From a virus (Duplodnaviria > Caudoviricetes), in IMG/VR virus record IMGVR_UViG_2627853856_000004, positions 37,277 to 101,276 of that record: 64,000 nt of DNA; one strand, written 5' to 3'. Each line of letters begins with the position of its first letter. Position 1 is the stretch's first letter. Shown here one piece after another: positions 59,895 to 64,000 of the stretch. The notes under the pieces are model-generated. The model worked only from the letters and a program-made list of their open reading frames with translations, did not search any database and was not told the DNA's origin. A program made the position numbers and the translations under genes.

Positions 59895-60242
59895 ATGGGG
59901 GCTCGGGATATCGCCTGGCTGTGGGTGCTTGCCTATGGAGCGGCGCTAACGGCGTTCGCGGCGCGGATCGCCTTTTTATTGTTCGGCATCGCCGGCGATC
60001 CGCCGGACGATCCGGCGCTCTACCAGCGCTGGTCGCGCAAGCGACGATGGTTGATCATCAGCGAGTTCGCTGCCCTCCCCATGTTCGCCACGCTCGCGGT
60101 TCTCGGCGCAGCCAAGGGCTGGGTCGATCCGGTGACGGCGGTGATCGCCGCGCTTATATCGGGGGCGCTGGGCTTCGCTTTCTTCCTGCACGCCGTGGAG
60201 GCGATCGTTCGCCGTCGGCTTTCGATCGAGGAGCGCGGATAA
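59895..60242 (+). CDS. holin-like membrane protein
   Basis: About 3 hydrophobic helices at the start of the lysis cassette. Confidence 0.55.
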   Translation: MGARDIAWLWVLAYGAALTAFAARIAFLLFGIAGDPPDDPALYQRWSRKRRWLIISEFAALPMFATLAVLGAAKGWVDPVTAVIAALISGALGFAFFLHAVEAIVRRRLSIEERG

Positions 60243-60448
60243 TGAGCGGGATCGAGTTCGCCGCCGCAGCGGTAGTTTTTCTCTCGGGCGGCTCGTCCTT
60301 CGCCGCCGCCGTCAAGGCGTACCGCCCGCAGAGGGCAACGGCCGACGATATCGAGCGGATGAGCGGCGCACTGCAGGCGGCGCAACCGGATCCCGAAACC
60401 GAGCCGTTGCCCGATGACTTCGCGGCGCTGCTGGCAAGGCTGGAATGA
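60242..60448 (+). CDS. small membrane protein with a NepR-like C-terminus
   Basis: TAATG coupling; EPLPDDFAALLARLE. Confidence 0.5.
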   Translation: MSGIEFAAAAVVFLSGGSSFAAAVKAYRPQRATADDIERMSGALQAAQPDPETEPLPDDFAALLARLE

Positions 60449-60602
60449 CACGAGGCCCGCCGGCGAAGAACGCCGACGGGCCTCTGTCGTCGAGCGGGGT
60501 CGCCTGGGGGGACGGGCGGCGCGGCTCAAACGGTCAACTGCCTGCGGCATGAGAAGTTCCGCCGGGCGAAATAATTTTTCGACATTAATAACAGGGGTGA
60601 CC

Positions 60603-60980
60603 ATGTGGACTTGGGATCAGTCCGCCGGCGAGCTGCGCCGCGCGGGGAAAGTCGTCTCGCGCGGCTATTCGGGCAATGGCCGGGGTAAGAACAATCCGTC
60701 CATGCAGGCGGCCAGAGGGGTAGGCCCAATCCCGCGCGGGCGCTGGAAGGTCGGGAAACCCTATGCCAGCGGCAACACCGGCCCGTTCACGATGCCGCTC
60801 TATGCGGATGACGGGAAGCTGGACGACGTTCATCAGCCGACCGGCCGATCGGCGTTCCGGATCCACGGCGACAGCATCGCCAATCCCGGCACCGCGAGTC
60901 ATGGCTGCATCATCCTGCCGCGGGCGATCCGCGACCTGATCTGGTCGAGCGGTGACCGCGATCTCGAAGTGGTCGAATAG
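60603..60980 (+). CDS. Tlde1/DUF2778 L,D-transpeptidase-fold protein, putative endolysin
   Basis: GYSG...GPIPRG.W...RSAFRIHGD...ASHGCII. Confidence 0.85.
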   Translation: MWTWDQSAGELRRAGKVVSRGYSGNGRGKNNPSMQAARGVGPIPRGRWKVGKPYASGNTGPFTMPLYADDGKLDDVHQPTGRSAFRIHGDSIANPGTASHGCIILPRAIRDLIWSSGDRDLEVVE

Positions 60981-61066
60981 ACCAAGCAATTCCCGACCTT
61001 TCCACGAACCTCCCAGCCCGGCGCCGACGGTCGGCGGCGCGGGCCTATGACGCACGGAGTTTGACC

Positions 61067-61450
61067 ATGGATGCAATCCTGAAACTGTTCCCGCCGAAGA
61101 TCATCGCGGCGCAGATCGCGGCGATCCTGTTCGCGATCGCCACCTGGGCGCACGTGACTTTGCCTACCGGTTTCACCCCCGACACGGTCGCCGGGTTCGG
61201 TCTGCTCGTTTTCACGCTGGTTACCGCCGTCCTTCGCTTCGGCCATGGCAATGTTCTGGCTGATGCCAAGGCATGGTGGCTGTCGAAAACGATCTGGATG
61301 CAGATCATCGGTGTGATCGTCGCCGGTCTGGTGCTGTTCGGTATCACGCCCAAGGGCATCAATCCCGCGCAGCTTGCCGAAGTCGCCGCCGTGCTGATCG
61401 GTCTGGTGACGACCGCGCTGCACGTCACCCCGTCGAAGCCGATCGGCTGA
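61067..61450 (+). CDS. holin-like membrane protein
   Basis: About 4 TM segments; KAWWLSKTIW. Confidence 0.65.
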   Translation: MDAILKLFPPKIIAAQIAAILFAIATWAHVTLPTGFTPDTVAGFGLLVFTLVTAVLRFGHGNVLADAKAWWLSKTIWMQIIGVIVAGLVLFGITPKGINPAQLAEVAAVLIGLVTTALHVTPSKPIG

Positions 61451-61935
61451 TGTCGGTCGCGATGAGATGGCTAGGCCCGTACCTGTTCAAGGCGGGCCTT
61501 GTCGTCGCTCTCCTGGTCGGCGCATGGATCTATGTCCAGCGCGTCGACCAGACCGCACGGAGCGAGCAAAAGGCGGCCGACGTCGCCGAGGTGAAGCTCG
61601 CCCGCGAACAGGCGCGCGCCGAGGATCTGGCGCATGCGCGCCGGACTGAGAAGGCGCAGGCCCGAAATACGAAGGACGCCAATGATGCGCTCGTTACCCA
61701 ATTGGCGGACGCTCGCGCTCGCCTCGCTGCTTATCTCCGCCGGGTGCGTCCACAAGCCGATCAAGGTAGCGCCCGAGCGGCGGCTTTGCCCGGCCTTGCC
61801 GACGCCGCCGACTTCGATGACGTCACCTATCAGGGTGCCGTCGTTTCTGTCACCGACCTAGACATCTGCACCGAGAATACCGTGAGGCTGCAGAATGTGC
61901 AGGCATGGGGCGCGAAGTTCGGCGCCGATCAATGA
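61450..61935 (+). CDS. i-spanin (Rz-like)
   Basis: N-terminal TM, coiled coil, C-terminal Cys...LQ..QAW. Confidence 0.7.
   Translation: MSVAMRWLGPYLFKAGLVVALLVGAWIYVQRVDQTARSEQKAADVAEVKLAREQARAEDLAHARRTEKAQARNTKDANDALVTQLADARARLAAYLRRVRPQADQGSARAAALPGLADAADFDDVTYQGAVVSVTDLDICTENTVRLQNVQAWGAKFGADQ
61682..61861 (+). CDS. embedded o-spanin (Rz1-like lipoprotein)
   Basis: +1 frame within the i-spanin; LLISAGC lipobox; Pro-rich. Confidence 0.65.
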   Translation: MMRSLPNWRTLALASLLISAGCVHKPIKVAPERRLCPALPTPPTSMTSPIRVPSFLSPT

Positions 61936-62321
61936 CGGCCCTGGATCTCATTGCGAGCGGCTTCCGCAAGGAAGGCGCTGCGGGTGAGGTTCCGTGCGCT
62001 CGCGGCGGCATCGATCGCCGCGAGTGTTCCCCGGTCGAGTGAAAGATTGACGCGGGTCGCTTTCCCGCTGACCGTCATACGAGGGACAGCGATCAGGAAA
62101 GCACCCGCCGCCAGATCGGCCGATGTCGCTTCCCGAATCGCGCCTACGCCGCTGGCCTCCGGCTCCGCCTGATCCTCAAGCCAAAGCTCCATTGCCTCGA
62201 TTGCGTTCGGCAAGACATCTTCAAGTTCATCCGCTGCCGAGAAACATCCGGGCAGATCGGGAAAGCTGACGCCATAGGCGCTGTCGTCATCCTTATGCAC
62301 GACGGCGTAAAAATACTTCAT
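61929..62321 (-). CDS. hicB: HicB antitoxin
   Basis: YGVSFPDLPGCFSAAD...RVNLSL...TRSAFL. Confidence 0.93.
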   Translation of the reverse strand: MKYFYAVVHKDDDSAYGVSFPDLPGCFSAADELEDVLPNAIEAMELWLEDQAEPEASGVGAIREATSADLAAGAFLIAVPRMTVSGKATRVNLSLDRGTLAAIDAAASARNLTRSAFLAEAARNEIQGRH

Positions 62322-62343
62322 GTCGATCCTCCGAGGGGATGGC

Positions 62344-62526
62344 CTAGAGCCATCCCACTGTCTTTGCGATGCTGCGGGCCGTGCCGATCGGCAAGTCCCG
62401 CTTGGGGTGGGGGACGATCACCGTGACGCTACCCTTGCGGAGCTTGTGGTGCGATCCTTTGACCGACACCAGTTCGAAGCCCTCGTCGGCGAGGCGCTTG
62501 ATGATCTTTTTGCTGTCCCGTTCCAT
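62344..62526 (-). CDS. hicA: HicA toxin
   Basis: KGSHHKL...VPHPKRDLPIGTARSI. Confidence 0.93.
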   Translation of the reverse strand: MERDSKKIIKRLADEGFELVSVKGSHHKLRKGSVTVIVPHPKRDLPIGTARSIAKTVGWL

Positions 62527-62580
62527 GCGCAAATATCTACACATCATCGGGCAAGGTGTCAACTATCGATGCGCAAATAA

Positions 62581-62958
62581 TTACACATTTCGACGCGCCT
62601 TTATCAGCTTCTCACGGTCGCTGTCGGCCGCGAGCGCCCATGCGACAGGGTTTATCCCGAAGGGCGCTAAACATGCCGCGGGGGCGACTACGTTGCTGCC
62701 CAAGGTAGCACCGCCGCCGGTTCCGGGCTCGATCCATTGCGGGCGTTCGGGCCGGGACAGACAGATTGCGCAGTAGAAATGCTGGGGGAGATCGCGCCAA
62801 CGGTCGCTCCACCGCCTCTTTTTCCAGTGATCGCGGATCTCGCGGACATCGAACGTGCGCGCCCGCCCACAATTTCGGTTCGAGCAACGGACCAGCATCC
62901 GCCCGCCGCCGTATAGTTCGCACAGATCATGCAGGGTGGATGGCGGACGTTTTGACAC
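62581..62958 (-). CDS. Zn-ribbon hypothetical protein
   Basis: GTG start with GGGAG RBS; CSNRNC...CAIC. Confidence 0.6.
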   Translation of the reverse strand: MSKRPPSTLHDLCELYGGGRMLVRCSNRNCGRARTFDVREIRDHWKKRRWSDRWRDLPQHFYCAICLSRPERPQWIEPGTGGGATLGSNVVAPAACLAPFGINPVAWALAADSDREKLIKARRNV

Positions 62959-63084
62959 AAGAAACTCCCACGCCGCCGAGGCGGGGGCCGGGGCGCGCCA
63001 ACGCCCCTCAGCCGGTGGAAAAGACCCACCATGTTCCCCAGGCGGCCGCCCAGGTCGCATCCCGCCATCCGGCACCGGATAGCG

Positions 63085-63099
63085 GAACGAATATGGAAC
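63085..63099. promoter_or_regulatory. alphaproteobacterial LexA box
   Basis: GAAC-GAATATG-GAAC. Confidence 0.65.
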
Positions 63100-63106
63100 A
63101 TCCGTT

Positions 63107-64000
63107 ATGGAGTCGAGTCCGCTTTTTGATCTTCCCGAGGTGTGTCGCCCGCGTTTGCAACCGCACGCAAAGCAGGGGCTTGCATGGCCGCGCCTTGCCT
63201 CAATGACGCCGATCGGCGGTGCGGCCGGCGAGGCGGCGGGGTATCTGTTCGATCCTACGCCCGACCTCCTCGGCAATCGCGTCCTGCTGGGTTTCGGCGA
63301 TCAGGAGATGGCCGTCGCGCTGCTCGACCGGCAGATCGCCAACGGGATCATCATCGCCAAGCACTACAGCCATCGCGTCTATTCCGCCTCGACCGAGCAT
63401 TTCGGCGTGTGGATCGACCGTGAGCTCGTCGGCGTGATGCAATATGGTTTTGCGATGAACCCGGCTTCGGCCGACAGCGTCGTCGCCGGCACGCTGATGC
63501 AACAATATCGCGAGCTCAATCGAATGTGGCTGGACGATCGCGCGCCGCGCAACAGTGAGAGCAAGGCTTTGGCCTATTCGATCAGGCTGCTTCGCCGCCT
63601 CGCGCCGCCCGTCAAATGGATCCAGTCATTTGCCGACGAGCGGTGCGGCCTGTTCGGCACCGTCTATCAAGCCGCCGGCTTTACCTTCCACGGCGAACAT
63701 CTGGGCACGTTCTGGGAACTGGACGGCGAGTTCTATCACGACTCGCTGATGACGAACGGCCGGACGGCGAGCGCGCCGCGCGCCGCCTATCTCCGCGCCA
63801 ACGCCAAGCGGGCGATCAAGCACCGCCTCCGCCAGTTTCGCTATCTGCGCTTCCTTCAACAGCGATTTGCCAAGGCGTGCCGCTATCCGGTGCAGCCCTT
63901 TCCAAAACCAGCTTATGCGGCCCGTCTAGACGACGAGCACCCGCCCAGGGTGTGTGAGGACGGTGGGAATCCGTCGGGCCGCTCCACTCCCATGGAGTAA
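63107..64000 (+). CDS. mom: Mom-family adenine DNA hypermodification enzyme
   Basis: KHYS...GVMQYG.AMNP...ELNRMWLDD..PRNSE...WIQSFADERCG..G.VYQA...ELDGE.YH...VQPFPK, collinear with Mu Mom as recalled; start uncertain. Confidence 0.9.
   Translation: MESSPLFDLPEVCRPRLQPHAKQGLAWPRLASMTPIGGAAGEAAGYLFDPTPDLLGNRVLLGFGDQEMAVALLDRQIANGIIIAKHYSHRVYSASTEHFGVWIDRELVGVMQYGFAMNPASADSVVAGTLMQQYRELNRMWLDDRAPRNSESKALAYSIRLLRRLAPPVKWIQSFADERCGLFGTVYQAAGFTFHGEHLGTFWELDGEFYHDSLMTNGRTASAPRAAYLRANAKRAIKHRLRQFRYLRFLQQRFAKACRYPVQPFPKPAYAARLDDEHPPRVCEDGGNPSGRSTPME
63917..63986 (+). ncRNA. non-canonical tRNA-Gly(CCC)-like element
   Basis: 7-bp acceptor stem plus TCCA; 5-bp T-stem with 7-nt loop; 5-bp anticodon stem with 7-nt loop containing CCC; reduced D-arm. 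Confidence 0.7.

Larger units (their letters stand above)
21600..64000. mobile_element. Prophage 2, near-complete HK97-type siphovirus (distal att not seen in window)
   Basis: Integration, immunity, replication, packaging, head, tail and lysis modules in canonical order. Confidence 0.92.

Noticed and set aside
63093-63206. Com-like zinc-finger ORF upstream of mom
   Set aside because: The alternative-frame peptide has only two Cys and lacks the paired CxxC pattern of Com.
63959-63986. The tRNA-like element as the distal att duplication of tRNA-Gly(TCC)
   Set aside because: Only the last 8 nt (CCGCTCCA) are contiguously identical. The stems differ yet remain fully paired and the element has its own matching 5' strand, unlike an att copy.

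Overview
High-GC, Sphingomonad-like alphaproteobacterial DNA made up almost entirely of three phage-derived elements. (1) 1-8589 is one end of a Mu-like transposable element: repressor, BcepMu gp16-like protein, ParB-like protein, MuA-like transposase, MuB-like ATPase and GemA. Its TG..CA end at 8589 truncates the primase-polymerase gene of the next element. (2) 8590-~21557 is prophage 1, with early/replication genes, CI/Cro and a tyrosine integrase pointing at the 5' end of a tRNA-Gly(TCC) at 21558-21631. (3) ~21600-64000 is prophage 2, a near-complete HK97-type siphovirus: a large serine recombinase overlapping the tRNA 3' half, CI/Cro, DnaN, MT-A70 and Dam methylases, primase/helicase, head and tail genes, a Tlde1-type lysis cassette, HicAB and a Mom-family DNA-modification gene. 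The most striking observation is a 70-nt non-canonical tRNA-Gly(CCC)-like cloverleaf (63917-63986) beginning about 10 nt after the point where homology to Mu Mom ends. It suggests a DNA-hypermodification enzyme encoded together with its own dedicated, non-translating glycyl-tRNA donor. All protein calls come from motif recognition by eye; no database searches were run.
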